Assembly: GCA_038324115.1 (NCBI GenBank)
Contig: JBBQHQ010000001.1
Location: 3,280-67,279 of the forward strand
Length of the DNA stretch: 64,000 nucleotides
From: Gaiellales bacterium
Lineage (GTDB): Bacteria > Actinomycetota > Thermoleophilia > Gaiellales > Gaiellaceae
Direction of reading: 5' to 3'
Position 1 is the first letter of the stretch. Each line of letters begins with the position of its first letter. The notes beneath the pieces are model-generated. The model was not told the DNA's origin, ran no database searches, and worked only from the letters and a program-made list of their open reading frames with translations. Positions 1 through 11,653 of the stretch are shown one piece after another. The translations under genes were made by a program, and so were the position numbers.

Positions 1-1
1 G

Positions 2-466
2 GCGAACCCGAGGGTCAAGGTCGTGCACAACTACTCCCAGGACTTCGTCGACCAGGCGAAGTGCAAGGAGCAGGCACTGAACATGATCGCCAACGGCGCG
101 GGTGTCGTCTTCCAGGTCGCCGGTCAGTGCGGCCTCGGAGTCCTCTCCGCGGCGAAGGAAAAGAAGGTGTTCGGGATCGGCGTCGACGCCGACCAGGGCT
201 ACCTCGGCAACCACGTGCTCACGAGCGCGACGAAGAAGGTCGACGTCGCGGTCTACACCACGGTCGCAGCCGGCCAGAAGGCCGGTGCGAAGCTCCGCAT
301 GAACTTCAACGCCATCTTCAACGTGAAGAACGGCGGTGTCGGTTACGGCAAGGTCTCCAACCGTGTCCCCGGCAACCTCAAGAAGGGGATCGAGTCGGTC
401 CGCACGCAGATCGCCTCGGGCAAGATCAAGGTCCGGCAGCAGAGCCCGCCCGCAACGACGGGCTAG
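2..466 (+). CDS. BMP-family (basic membrane protein/PnrA-like) ABC substrate-binding protein, C-terminal fragment; 5' end lies upstream of the window
   Basis: Frame is open to the window edge. ANPRVKVVHNYSQDFVDQAKCKE..FQVAGQCGLG..GVDADQ is colinear with the C-terminal half of the next gene product (paralog). Confidence 0.8.
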   Translation, partial: ANPRVKVVHNYSQDFVDQAKCKEQALNMIANGAGVVFQVAGQCGLGVLSAAKEKKVFGIGVDADQGYLGNHVLTSATKKVDVAVYTTVAAGQKAGAKLRMNFNAIFNVKNGGVGYGKVSNRVPGNLKKGIESVRTQIASGKIKVRQQSPPATTG

Positions 467-480
467 GCAGCAGCAAGGCT

Positions 481-513
481 CGGGAGGGGCGGGTTTCGAA
501 TCCGCCCCTCCCG
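481..513 (+). terminator. GC-rich hairpin after the first BMP gene (putative intrinsic terminator or attenuator)
   Basis: Perfect 12-nt arms CGGGAGGGGCGG/CCGCCCCTCCCG with a 9-nt loop, 14 nt after the stop at 464-466. No clear U-tract. Confidence 0.55.
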
Positions 514-531
514 GTATCTCTCTTGGAGAAC

Positions 532-1599
532 ATGCGCCGAAGCTCTCTTCTCGTTCTGCCTGCGCTCCTCGCGCTGCTCGTCGTGAGCGGTTGCGGCGGC
601 AGCGACGGCGAGAGCTCGGGCACGACCGCGGCGCCGGCAGCCACCACGGAGGCGACCCCGCCTGCGGGGCGGGGGATCAAGGTCGGGCTCGTCACCGACA
701 TCGGCGGCCTGGACGATCGCTCGTTCAACTTCCTCGCCAACCAGGGCCTGGCCCGGGCGAAGGAGCAGCTGGGGATCCAGGGCCGCGTGGTTGTCTCCCG
801 CTCGAACGCCGACTACGTCCCGAACCTCGCCACGCTCGCGAAGCAGGGGTACGACCTCGTCGTCGGCGTCGGCTTCCTGATGGCCGACGCGGTCGAGACC
901 GTCGCCGGCGAGTTCCCCGACGTGCAGTTCGCGATCATCGACTACTCGCAGGCCGCGATGCCCTCGAAGCCGAAGAACGTCCGCGGCCTCCTTTTCAAGG
1001 AGCAGGAGGCGGGCTTCCTCGTCGGCTACCTCGCGGGTCTCGTCGTCGGCGAGGCAGGCGGCTCGAACCAGACGATCAGCTCGGTTGGCGGTCAGAAGAT
1101 CCCGCCGGTCGACCGGTACATCGCCGGCTACCAGGCGGGTGCGAAGGCTGCCAACCCGAAGGTGAAGACGCTGAACGGCTACTCCCAGGACTTCGTCGAC
1201 CAGGCGAAGTGCAAGGAGATCGCGCTGAACCAGATCGCGCGAGGGTCCTCCGTGGTCTTCCAGGTGGCCGGCCAGTGCGGCCTCGGCGCCCTCAATGCGG
1301 CGAAGGAGCAGAACGTGAGCGGGATCGGCGTCGACGCCGACCAGGCCTTCCTCGGCGACTACGTCCTCACGAGCGCCCTCAAGAAGGTCGACGTGGCGGT
1401 CTTCCAGACCGTCCAGACCGTTCAGGACGGCACCTTCACCGGGGGCAACGACACCGTCTTCGACGTCGCCTCGGGCGGCGTCGGGCTGGGCAAGATCGCC
1501 GCGAGCGTCCCCGGAGAGCTCGTCGCGAAGGTCAAGCAGCAGCAGGAGCGGATCGCCGCCGGAAACATCTCCATCCCGGAGACGATCGGCGGCTCGTAA
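532..1599 (+). CDS. BMP-family lipoprotein, ABC transporter substrate-binding protein (nucleoside/purine-type)
   Basis: ATG at 532 gives MRRSSLLVLPALLALLVVSGCGG (signal peptide plus lipobox Cys). The rest matches BMP/Med/PnrA-like binding proteins. The upstream part of ORF 61..1599 is Arg-rich shadow. Confidence 0.85.
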   Translation: MRRSSLLVLPALLALLVVSGCGGSDGESSGTTAAPAATTEATPPAGRGIKVGLVTDIGGLDDRSFNFLANQGLARAKEQLGIQGRVVVSRSNADYVPNLATLAKQGYDLVVGVGFLMADAVETVAGEFPDVQFAIIDYSQAAMPSKPKNVRGLLFKEQEAGFLVGYLAGLVVGEAGGSNQTISSVGGQKIPPVDRYIAGYQAGAKAANPKVKTLNGYSQDFVDQAKCKEIALNQIARGSSVVFQVAGQCGLGALNAAKEQNVSGIGVDADQAFLGDYVLTSALKKVDVAVFQTVQTVQDGTFTGGNDTVFDVASGGVGLGKIAASVPGELVAKVKQQQERIAAGNISIPETIGGS

Positions 1600-1646
1600 G
1601 CCGCTTCTCTGCATTGCGTCCGCTCTAGCACCGTAGACTCGCCGCG

Positions 1647-3169
<1,523 letters not shown>

Positions 3170-3173
<4 letters not shown>

Positions 3174-4501
3174 GCACGCCGGAGGACAACAAGCCCGGGA
3201 ACGGCGAGGAGGTCGAGAGCCCGAGCACCGACCCCGACTACGCGCCGAGCGTCGCGGCGAAGATCGACGTCTGGTCGAAGGCCGGCGGCCTCTTCGTGCC
3301 GCTGCTGACGACGCTCCTCGCGTTCTTCATCGGCGGGCTCGTCGTTCTCGTCACCACAGGCAAGAACCCGATCACGACCTATCAGGAGATCTTCAAGGGC
3401 GCCGGCCTGAACTGGTTCTTCCATGTCGGCAGCTACGAGGCGACCCTGCCGTTCAGCGACACGAAGGTCTGGTTCCCCTGGAACACCGGCAGCGTCCCGG
3501 ACGACCAGGTCTCGTTCCTCGCCGGGCTGAACCTGCAGCAGACGCTGATCATCTGGATCCCGCTCGTCCTGACCGGGCTCGCGGTCGCGTTCGCCTTCCG
3601 CTGCGGCATGTTCAACATCGGCGGCCAGGGCCAGTACCTCGTCGGCGCGATCATGGCCGTCTGGGTCGGCTCGTCGCTGCCGGGACTGCCGAGCGCGCTC
3701 CACATCATCGTCGCGGCGGCCGCAGGCGCGCTCGTCGGCGCCGCGTACGCCGGGATCGCGGGGCTGCTGAAAGCGCTCGTGGGGACGCACGAGGTGATCT
3801 CGACGATCATGTTGAACTGGATCGCGATCTGGACCGGGGTGTTCTTATTCGGCCTCGGCGGCCCCCTGCAGAACTCGAACCCCGGCGGCGAGTCGGTCCC
3901 CGTCTCGAACGACATCCTCGACGAGTCGAAGCTGAAGGTCTTCTGGGGGGAGCCGCTCCTGCAGGGGCTCCATCTCGGCTTCCTGATCGCGATCTCCGGA
4001 CTCGTCGTCTACTGGATCACGTTGAACCGGACGACGCTCGGCTACGAGGTGCGCGCCGTCGGCTTCAGCCCGGAGGCTGCCCGGTACGGAGGCATCTCGG
4101 TTGCGCGCAACTACTTCCTGGCGATGGCGATCTCGGGCACGTTCGCCGGCCTCGCGGGCGCCGTGGACATCCTCGGCTGGCAGTTCCGGATCAACACGAA
4201 CGACGTCCTGACGACGTCGATCGGGTTCGTCGGGATCGCGGTCGCGCTCCTAGGGCGTAACACGGCGATCGGCGTCGGCCTGGCGGGGCTGCTCTTCGCG
4301 GCGCTCGTCACGGGCACATCGACGCGGAATCTCGACCCCGAGATCTTCCGACCGGAGCTCGCGTCCAACCTGACGCTCCTGATTCAGGGGCTCGTCGTCC
4401 TCTTCGTCGGCGCGGACGTGATCATCCTCTCGCTCTTCAACCTCCGAAAGCGCAGGCGGCAGGCGCCGACCGTGCCCCGCGTGGAGAGCACCGATGTCTA
4501 G
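3170..4501 (+). CDS. ABC transporter permease
   Basis: Multi-TM protein. GTGA overlap with the ATPase stop. Follows BMP/ATPase as in nucleoside-type ABC operons. Confidence 0.85.
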
Positions 4502-5684
4502 CCTCGTCGGCAGGCTGCCACGCGGCCCTCGGGGCCTCGCCTGGCTCGGGATCCTGATCGGGCTCACGGCCTTCTGGGTCGCCCTGCCGCCGCTGAAGCT
4601 GCGCACGCCGCTCGTACCGGCCGTGATCGGTCTCGTCGCGCTCGCGCTCGGGATCTACGCGGTCTCGCAGGGCGTGCGGCGGCTCGGGTGGGGGGCGGTC
4701 ATCGCCGGGATCGGCGGGATCGGGCTCGGTTACCTGGCCACCCGCTCGAGCGTCGATCACCTCGACCAGGTGATCGTCTGGTCGGCGCTGATCGCCGCGA
4801 TGCTGCGCTTCGCCACGCCGCTCGCGTTCGCAGCGATGGGCGGGATCTTCTCCGAGCGGAGCGGCGTCGTGAACATCGGCCTCGAGGGGATGATGCTGAC
4901 CGGCGCGTTCTTCGGGATCCTCGCGGCCGACAAGCTCAACTCGTGGATCCTCGGCCTCGTCTGCGCGGCGCTCGCGGGGGGGCTGATGGCCCTCATCCAT
5001 GCCTTCTTCGCGATCCAGCTCCGGGCCGACCAGATCGTCGGCGGCACCGCGATCAACTTCCTCGCGCTCGGGATCACGGGATACCTGTTCATCGACGTCT
5101 ACGGCGGCCAGGGCACGCCCACGGACGTCTCCGAGATCCCCGACGTCCACCTGGCGTTCCTCTCCGACTGGTACTTCCTGGGGCCGATCTTCGGCCAGCT
5201 CAACCTGATGATCTGGCTCGCGTTCGTGACGGTACTGGTCTCGTGGATCGTCCTCTTCAAGACCCCGGTCGGGCTTCGGATCAGGGCGGTCGGCGAGCAT
5301 CCGCGCGCCGCCGAGACGGTCGGGATCCCGGTCTACGCGACCCGATATGCCGCCGTCGTTCTCTCGGGCGTCCTCGCGGCGCTCGGCGGCGCCTATCTCT
5401 CGATCGGGTTCGTCAACTCGTTCAACCAGAACATGACCGTCGGGAAGGGCTTCATCGCGCTCGCCGCCGTGATCTTCGGGAACTGGCGCCCCTGGGGTGC
5501 GGCCGCCGCGGCGCTGCTCTTCGGCTTCTCGAGCGCCCTCGCGCAGCGGCTGCCCGCCTACTCCGAGTCGGCCGCCGTCCTCTTTCAGGCGCTGCCCTAC
5601 GTGCTCACCCTGATCGCGGTCGCCGGTGTGATCGGCCGCTCGATTCCGCCTGCGGCGGTCGGCCGTCCCTACCGCAAGCAGTAA
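4494..5684 (+). CDS. ABC transporter permease (second subunit)
   Basis: Multi-TM protein, 8-nt overlap with the preceding permease, high GC3. Confidence 0.85.
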   Translation: MSSLVGRLPRGPRGLAWLGILIGLTAFWVALPPLKLRTPLVPAVIGLVALALGIYAVSQGVRRLGWGAVIAGIGGIGLGYLATRSSVDHLDQVIVWSALIAAMLRFATPLAFAAMGGIFSERSGVVNIGLEGMMLTGAFFGILAADKLNSWILGLVCAALAGGLMALIHAFFAIQLRADQIVGGTAINFLALGITGYLFIDVYGGQGTPTDVSEIPDVHLAFLSDWYFLGPIFGQLNLMIWLAFVTVLVSWIVLFKTPVGLRIRAVGEHPRAAETVGIPVYATRYAAVVLSGVLAALGGAYLSIGFVNSFNQNMTVGKGFIALAAVIFGNWRPWGAAAAALLFGFSSALAQRLPAYSESAAVLFQALPYVLTLIAVAGVIGRSIPPAAVGRPYRKQ

Positions 5685-5751
5685 CGGCGGCTCCCTGCGT
5701 CCCGGTGGGGCGAAGGGAGCCGTCCTCCTCGGCCTGCTCGCGGCGGCGGTC

Positions 5752-6021
5752 GTGCCCGCCGCGATCGTGGCGACGCGGTGGTCGGGCGCGTACGGCCTCC
5801 TCCATGCCGGGTTCGCGATCCCGGTCGCGATCGTGCTGGGGATCGCCGCCATGGGCCTCGCGCGGCGCGCGCGGGAGCGCTCCCGCCGGACGATCGCGGG
5901 AGCGGAAGCCCGGCCCAGCGTGACGATCGCGCGTACGCTCGGGCTGGCCGGGATCCTGATCGGGGTCACCGGGGCGATGGCGATCGGCGTCTATCTCGTG
6001 CTCAAGGCGGTCTCGGGCTAG
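5752..6021 (+). CDS. Hypothetical small membrane protein (two predicted TM helices)
   Basis: High GC3 frame. GTG at 5752 is the first canonical start, but the frame is open further upstream and encodes another hydrophobic stretch, so the true start is uncertain. Confidence 0.5.
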   Translation: MPAAIVATRWSGAYGLLHAGFAIPVAIVLGIAAMGLARRARERSRRTIAGAEARPSVTIARTLGLAGILIGVTGAMAIGVYLVLKAVSG

Positions 6022-6054
6022 GCCGGCACGGCCGAAGGCCGCTACGATCGTCAC

Positions 6055-6789
6055 GTGTTCGAGATCGGAAACAGCCTCCGCGAGGCTCGTCTCCGCCAGC
6101 ATCTTGACTTTCCGGATGCGGAGCACGGGACGAAGATTCGCGGCAAGTACCTGCGCGCGCTCGAAGAGGAGCGCTTCGAGGTGCTGCCGTCGCACACCTA
6201 CGTCAAGGGCTTCCTTCGCAGCTACGCGGACTTCCTCGGGCTTGACGGTCAGCTCTACGTGGACGAGTACAACTCCCGCTTCGTCAGCGGGGAGGACGAC
6301 ATGCCGATGCGCGCCCGCCGCGTCCCGGCTGCGCGCGGCCGCCGTCGCGAGCGCCGCGAGTCGAACATCGTCCTGCTCGCGCTGCTCGTGATCGCGCTCG
6401 TGACAGCGCTCGTGATCGCCGCGTGGAAGTACGGCGGCTCCGAGCCGCAAGCGGTTCCCGGTCTGAAGACGACACCCACCACGACGCAGAAGCCCGCGCC
6501 CGTGTCGCCGGCTCCGACGGGGACTGCGATCCTCGAGATCGCCGCCCGGACCGGCGGCTCGTTCGTGGTCGTCAGGCGCGGCGGGGCGGATGGGCTCGTC
6601 GAGTACAGCGGCACGATCGAGCAGGGACAGCGCCAGCGGTTCACGGGCACGCTGCTCTGGTTCCAGATTCGCCGGCCCAAGAACGTCCTCGTCAAGTTGA
6701 ACGGCAACCGGGCCAAGCTCCCGCTCGTCGTCAAGACGAACGGCCTCTTCGCGACCGCGAAGCGCATCTCCGTCAACGATCCTTCTTGA
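6055..6789 (+). CDS. RodZ-like helix-turn-helix membrane protein (HTH + TM + DUF4115-like C-terminus)
   Basis: N-terminal GNSLREARLRQHLDFPDAEHGTKIRGKYLRALEEERFEVLP..YVKGFLRSYADFLGLD resembles the RodZ HTH. A central TM segment is present. Confidence 0.7.
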   Translation: MFEIGNSLREARLRQHLDFPDAEHGTKIRGKYLRALEEERFEVLPSHTYVKGFLRSYADFLGLDGQLYVDEYNSRFVSGEDDMPMRARRVPAARGRRRERRESNIVLLALLVIALVTALVIAAWKYGGSEPQAVPGLKTTPTTTQKPAPVSPAPTGTAILEIAARTGGSFVVVRRGGADGLVEYSGTIEQGQRQRFTGTLLWFQIRRPKNVLVKLNGNRAKLPLVVKTNGLFATAKRISVNDPS

Positions 6790-6799
6790 GTCCCGCCCG

Positions 6800-8083
6800 G
6801 TGACGGAGAGCCGCCGCCCGAGGGCGGTGCTGGTCGTGACGGGCAGCGAGCTCGTCCGCGGCGAGCGCACCGACCTGAACGGGCCCTTCCTGGCGCGCTC
6901 CCTGCTGGCGCTCGGGGTCGAGCCGGCGCGGATCCAGATCGTGGGCGACGACGCGGCCGAGCTCGAGGCGGCGGTTCGCGAGGCCGTCGGGCACGCCGAT
7001 CTCGTCGCGATCTCAGGCGGGCTCGGGCCGACGCACGACGACCGCACGGTCGAAGTCGTCGCCCGCGTCGCCGGGCTCGAACTGGAACTGAGACCCGAGC
7101 TCGAGGCCGAGATCGAAGGGGTGTCGCGCGCCGTCGCCGAGCGGATGAAGCGGCCGTACGCGGACTTCTCCGAGGGCGTCCGCAAACAGGCGACGCTCCC
7201 TGCCGGCGCCACCTCACTCGGCCTGGCCGGGACCGCCCCGGGGATGGTCGTCGAGGTGAACGGGACGCCGGTGGTGATTCTGCCGGGACCGCCTCCCGAA
7301 CTGCAGCGGCTCTGGCCGAACGCGCTCACGACAGAACCGGTCCGGCGCGTGCTCGACGGAGGCGAGCCGCCGCTCCGGCGGACGCTGCGCCTCTTCGGGA
7401 CGGGCGAGTCGACTGTCGCGCGCGCCTTCGAGGAGGCGGGCGGCGACGGAGACGGAGTGGAGGTGACGATCTGCGCCCGCGACTTCGAGATCGTCGTCGA
7501 GGTGCTCGCGGAGCCGCGCGCCGAGCAACGCGCCGAGTCACTGACCGCCGGCCTGCGCGAGCGGCTCGGCCGCCATCTCTATTCGGAGGACGGTCGGGTC
7601 GTCGAGGAGGTCGTGCTCGACCTCTGCCGGGCGCGGGGGCTGACGCTCGGAACTGCCGAGTCGTGCACCGGCGGGCTCGTGGCCGCGCGGCTGACCGCCG
7701 TGCCGGGCTTCAGCGACACCACACTCGGCGGGATCGTCTCCTATTCGAACGCGATCAAGGTGCGCGAGCTGGACGTTCCGGAGGCGCTGATCGAGGAGCA
7801 CGGCGCCGTCTCGGCCGAAGTGGCGGAGGCAATGGCACGCGGTGCCCGCGAGCGCCTCGGCGTGGACGTCGCGGTCGCCGTCACGGGTGTCGCGGGCCCC
7901 GGCGGCGGCACGGAGGAGAAGCCGGTCGGGCTCGTCTACTTCCACGCGATCACCCCGGATGCAAGCAGGGGCGCCTTCTTCAGCTTCCCCGGCGACCGCG
8001 ACTCGATCCGGCGGCGCTCCGTCGTCGGCGCGCTCCATCTCGTCCGGCGCCTTTTGGAACGAAAGCTGCACGAAGACGTATGA
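6800..8083 (+). CDS. cinA: CinA-family competence/damage-inducible protein (MoCF-binding + nicotinamide-nucleotide amidohydrolase domains)
   Basis: AVLVVTGSELVRGERTDLNGPFLA at the N-terminus, AESCTGGLVAARLT in the C-terminal domain, and the classic position upstream of recA. Confidence 0.85.
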   Translation: MTESRRPRAVLVVTGSELVRGERTDLNGPFLARSLLALGVEPARIQIVGDDAAELEAAVREAVGHADLVAISGGLGPTHDDRTVEVVARVAGLELELRPELEAEIEGVSRAVAERMKRPYADFSEGVRKQATLPAGATSLGLAGTAPGMVVEVNGTPVVILPGPPPELQRLWPNALTTEPVRRVLDGGEPPLRRTLRLFGTGESTVARAFEEAGGDGDGVEVTICARDFEIVVEVLAEPRAEQRAESLTAGLRERLGRHLYSEDGRVVEEVVLDLCRARGLTLGTAESCTGGLVAARLTAVPGFSDTTLGGIVSYSNAIKVRELDVPEALIEEHGAVSAEVAEAMARGARERLGVDVAVAVTGVAGPGGGTEEKPVGLVYFHAITPDASRGAFFSFPGDRDSIRRRSVVGALHLVRRLLERKLHEDV

Positions 8084-8169
8084 CCTCGCGGGCTACGTTG
8101 CCCTCATGCCGTCCGACCGCCCTGCTTTCCTTATCTGTCCCAATCGTTGTGCGTTAGGAGGATGAGCGG

Positions 8170-9252
8170 ATGAACCGCGAGGAAGCTCTCGACGTCGCCC
8201 TCGGGCAGATCGAGCGTCAGTTCGGAAAGGGCTCGGTCATGAAGATGAGCGACTCGGCCCAGGTGTCGATCGGAGCCGTCTCGACGGGCTCGCTCTCGCT
8301 CGACCTCGCGCTCGGGATCGGTGGCCTGCCCCGCGGACGGGTCGTGGAGGTCTTCGGCCCGGAGAGCTCCGGGAAGACGACCCTCGTCTACCACGTGATC
8401 GCCGAGGCCCAGCGCCGCGGCGGGATCTGCGCCTTCATCGACGCCGAGCACTCGATGGACCCGTCCTACGCCAAGGCGATCGGCGTCAACGTGGACGAGC
8501 TCCTCGTCTCGCAGCCCGACACGGGCGAGCAGGCGCTCGAGATCACGGAGCTGCTCGTCCGCTCCGGGGCGCTCGACGTCGTCGCGGTCGACTCCGTCGC
8601 CGCCCTGACGCCGAAGGCCGAGATCGAAGGCGAGATGGGGGATACCCATGTCGGCCTCCAGGCCCGCCTGATGAGCCAGGCGCTGCGCAAGCTCGCCGGC
8701 ACGCTCAACCGCACCGACACGATCTGCCTCTTCACGAACCAGCTCCGGGAGAAGATTGGGGTCATGTTCGGCAGCCCGGAGACGACTCCCGGCGGCCGGG
8801 CGCTCAAGTTCTACTCGTCGGTCCGGCTGGACATCCGGCGGATCGAGACCCTCAAGGACGGCGCCGAGGCCTACGGCAACCGGGCCCGCGTCAAGGTGGT
8901 CAAGAACAAGGTCGCGCCGCCCTTCAAGCAGGCCGAGTTCGACATCATCTACGGCCAGGGGATCTCCTGGGAGGGCACCGTCCTCGAGGTGGGGATCGAG
9001 CGGAAGATCGTCCAGAAGTCCGGCTCGTACTTCAGCTTCGGCGACGAGCGGCTGGGCCAGGGGCGCCAGAACGCCTCCGCGTTCCTCAAGGAGCATCCGG
9101 ACGTCGTCCAGCAGATCCTTGCCCGGATCCAGGCCGAGGCGCCTGCCGACCAGATCGTCTCCGCGCGGCTCCTGCCGAGCATCGCGGCCGAGCAGGCCGC
9201 CGCGGCTGTGGACGAGCAGATCGTCGGGGACGCCAAGGCGTCCGCGGCCTAG
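8170..9252 (+). CDS. recA: Recombinase RecA
   Basis: [30 protein letters not shown] and the full-length RecA pattern. AGGAGGA lies 8 nt upstream of the ATG. Confidence 0.97.
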   Translation: MNREEALDVALGQIERQFGKGSVMKMSDSAQVSIGAVSTGSLSLDLALGIGGLPRGRVVEVFGPESSGKTTLVYHVIAEAQRRGGICAFIDAEHSMDPSYAKAIGVNVDELLVSQPDTGEQALEITELLVRSGALDVVAVDSVAALTPKAEIEGEMGDTHVGLQARLMSQALRKLAGTLNRTDTICLFTNQLREKIGVMFGSPETTPGGRALKFYSSVRLDIRRIETLKDGAEAYGNRARVKVVKNKVAPPFKQAEFDIIYGQGISWEGTVLEVGIERKIVQKSGSYFSFGDERLGQGRQNASAFLKEHPDVVQQILARIQAEAPADQIVSARLLPSIAAEQAAAAVDEQIVGDAKASAA

Positions 9253-9843
9253 ATGAAGACGGTGACCGCGCTCCGGGCCGCGAGCCCGGGGCGCGTCGCC
9301 GTCGAACTCGACGGCGAACGCTGGCGGACGCTGCCCCTCGAGGCCGTCGTCCGCGCCCGGCTCTCACCGGGCCGGCCGCTGGAGCGCGGCACGGCCCGCA
9401 CGCTCGCGCGGGAGGTCAGGCGACTGCGGGCGCTCGACGTGGCCGGCCGCGCGTTGCGCTCACGCGACCGCTCCGTCGCCGAGGTCGAGCAGCGTCTGCA
9501 GGCTCGTGGGATCGCACCCGGTGAGCGAGGGCGCGCGCTCGACACGCTCTCCTCCGCCGGCCTGCTCGACGATCGCCGCGTCGCCCTGACCAGAGCGCGT
9601 GGGCTCGCCGAGCGCGGCTCGGGCGACGCCCTGATCCGCTTCGATCTCGAGCAGCGGGGGATCGACGCGGAGACGATCGAGGCGGCGGTCGCGGCGCTCG
9701 AGCCGGAACCGGCCCGAGCCCGCCGGATCGTCGAGCGGCGCGGGGTGGGGGCGAAGACCGTCCGGTACCTCGTGTCGAAGGGATTCGGCGAGGACGCCGT
9801 CGAGAGCGCCGTTGCGGCAGACCTCGGCGACGCGGTAGGATGA
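9253..9843 (+). CDS. recX: Recombination regulator RecX
   Basis: ATG immediately follows the recA stop. The three-repeat helical RecX-like sequence is in the canonical position. Confidence 0.8.
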   Translation: MKTVTALRAASPGRVAVELDGERWRTLPLEAVVRARLSPGRPLERGTARTLAREVRRLRALDVAGRALRSRDRSVAEVEQRLQARGIAPGERGRALDTLSSAGLLDDRRVALTRARGLAERGSGDALIRFDLEQRGIDAETIEAAVAALEPEPARARRIVERRGVGAKTVRYLVSKGFGEDAVESAVAADLGDAVG

Positions 9844-10084
9844 GCGGGCTTCCATCTGACGTTTTTGCTGCATAGCTGCGTTTTTCCGAAACCTTGCAAA
9901 ACCTGAATCCTCGCGATCCCACCTCGATCCCTTCCGGTGCCCTGAAGGAGACGCTGGAGCTCGCGTAGCGACGCGACGAGACCGGAGCGCGGCCGCGCAG
10001 GCCGAGCGCCGGATGTGAGCACGCGGCACTCAGCGGACAGCGCTGGGACCGCACCAAACGACCTTCACCAGGAGGTGCGGCGGG

Positions 10085-11584
10085 ATGCTCACGCTCATTG
10101 CGGCTCTCAGCGGGATCGGAGTCGGGGTCGCCCTTGCGTCGGCGCTGCTGCTCCTCCGCAGCCGCTCGCGCGTCCACGTCGCCGAGCGGGAGGCCGAGGC
10201 GATCCGGCGCGAGGCGCTGATCGAGGCCCGCGAGCAGGCCGTCTGGCACCGCGCCGAGATCGAGGACGAGGTCCGGGCCCGGCGCGAGCAGGTCGCGACG
10301 GTCGAGGAGCGCGCCCAAGTCCAGGAGCTCGAGGCCGAGCGCCGGCTGCTCGACGTGGAGCGGCGCGAGCAAGGCCTGAGCGACCGTGAGGTGCACGTCC
10401 GCACCCTCCAGGAGGAATCCAAGGCGGCGCGGGACGAGGCGACGCAGGTGCTCGAGCGTGCCGCGGGCCTCACCGTGGCCGAGGCGAAGCACCACCTGCT
10501 CGAGCGCTCCGAGGACCTGATCCGCCACGAGCTCGCCCGCACCGTCCGCCAGCTCGACGAGGAGGCACGGACCGAAGCCCGGCGCCGCGCCAGGAACCTC
10601 GTCGCCGACGCCTTGCAGCGTGTCGCCGCGAGCCATACCGCAGAGACGACAGTCAGCGTGGTCGAGCTGCCCTCCGACGACATGAAGGGGCGGATCATCG
10701 GCCGGGAGGGCCGCAACATCCGTGCGCTCGAGCACCTCACCGGCGTCGACTTCATCATCGACGACACCCCGCAGGCGGTCGTCCTGTCCTCTTTCGACGG
10801 CATCCGCCGCGAGATCGCGAAGATGACCCTGGAGAAGCTCGTCGAGGACGGCCGGATCCATCCCGCCCGGATCGAGGAGATGTATTACGGCGCCAAGGCG
10901 GAGCTGGAGGAGCACATTCGGCTCGCGGGCGAGCAGGCGGTGTTCGAGGCGAACTGCGGCGACGTCCACGAGGAGCTCGCCAGGGTCCTCGGACGGCTCC
11001 GCTACCGCACGAGCTACGGCCAGAACGTGCTCAAGCACACGCTCGAGGTCGTCCATCTCGCCGGTGTGATGGCGAGCGAGTTGGGCGCGAGCGTGAAGAC
11101 GGCGAAGCGGGCCGCCCTTCTGCACGACCTCGGCAAGGCGATGACCCACGAGGTCGAGGGCTCGCACGCCGCCATCTCAGCCCAGTGGGCGAAGCGCCAC
11201 GGCGAGAGTCAGGGCGTCGTCCACGCGATCGAGGCTCACCACCACGAGATCGAGCCGCAGACCGTCGAGGCGGTGCTCCTGATCGCCGCCGACGCGATCT
11301 CTGCCTCGCGGCCGGGTGCCCGGGGCGAGAGTCTCGAGCACTACATCAAGCGTCTCGGCGCGCTCGAGGAGATCGCCACCCGGAAGCGCGGCGTCGCGAA
11401 GGCCTACGCGCTCCAGGCAGGGCGCGAGATCCGCGTCATGGTCGAGCCGACCGAGATCGACGACGAGGCTGCGATCCTGCTCTCCCACGAGATCGCCCGA
11501 GAGATCGAAGACCAGCTCGAGTACCCGGGCCAGGTGAAGGTGATCGTGATCCGCGAGAGCCGCGCGATCGAAGTCGCGAAGTAA
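10085..11584 (+). CDS. rny: Ribonuclease Y
   Basis: N-terminal TM, long coiled coil, KH (GRIIGREGRNIRALE) and HD (LLHDLGKA) domains. AGGAGG lies upstream. Confidence 0.9.
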   Translation: MLTLIAALSGIGVGVALASALLLLRSRSRVHVAEREAEAIRREALIEAREQAVWHRAEIEDEVRARREQVATVEERAQVQELEAERRLLDVERREQGLSDREVHVRTLQEESKAARDEATQVLERAAGLTVAEAKHHLLERSEDLIRHELARTVRQLDEEARTEARRRARNLVADALQRVAASHTAETTVSVVELPSDDMKGRIIGREGRNIRALEHLTGVDFIIDDTPQAVVLSSFDGIRREIAKMTLEKLVEDGRIHPARIEEMYYGAKAELEEHIRLAGEQAVFEANCGDVHEELARVLGRLRYRTSYGQNVLKHTLEVVHLAGVMASELGASVKTAKRAALLHDLGKAMTHEVEGSHAAISAQWAKRHGESQGVVHAIEAHHHEIEPQTVEAVLLIAADAISASRPGARGESLEHYIKRLGALEEIATRKRGVAKAYALQAGREIRVMVEPTEIDDEAAILLSHEIAREIEDQLEYPGQVKVIVIRESRAIEVAK

Positions 11585-11653
11585 ACGACCGTCCTCTTCT
11601 GCCGGCAGCCGCGACCGTGACGGCGCTCTGGCCGGGGCTAGACTGACGCCGCG

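Noticed and set aside
8084-8169. A LexA/SOS box upstream of recA.
   Set aside because: I could not find a GAAC-N4-GTTC or TCGAAC-N4-GTTCGA-type palindrome in the 86-nt upstream region. The lineage-specific LexA motif is unknown to me, so no call is made.
9844-10084. A 240-nt recX-rny spacer with an AT-richer patch (CGTTTTTGCTGCATAGCTGCGTTTTTCC, TTGCAAAACC) that might be a promoter or small RNA.
   Set aside because: No hexamer pair with proper spacing and no convincing hairpin could be defined by eye. It is most simply the rny promoter and leader.
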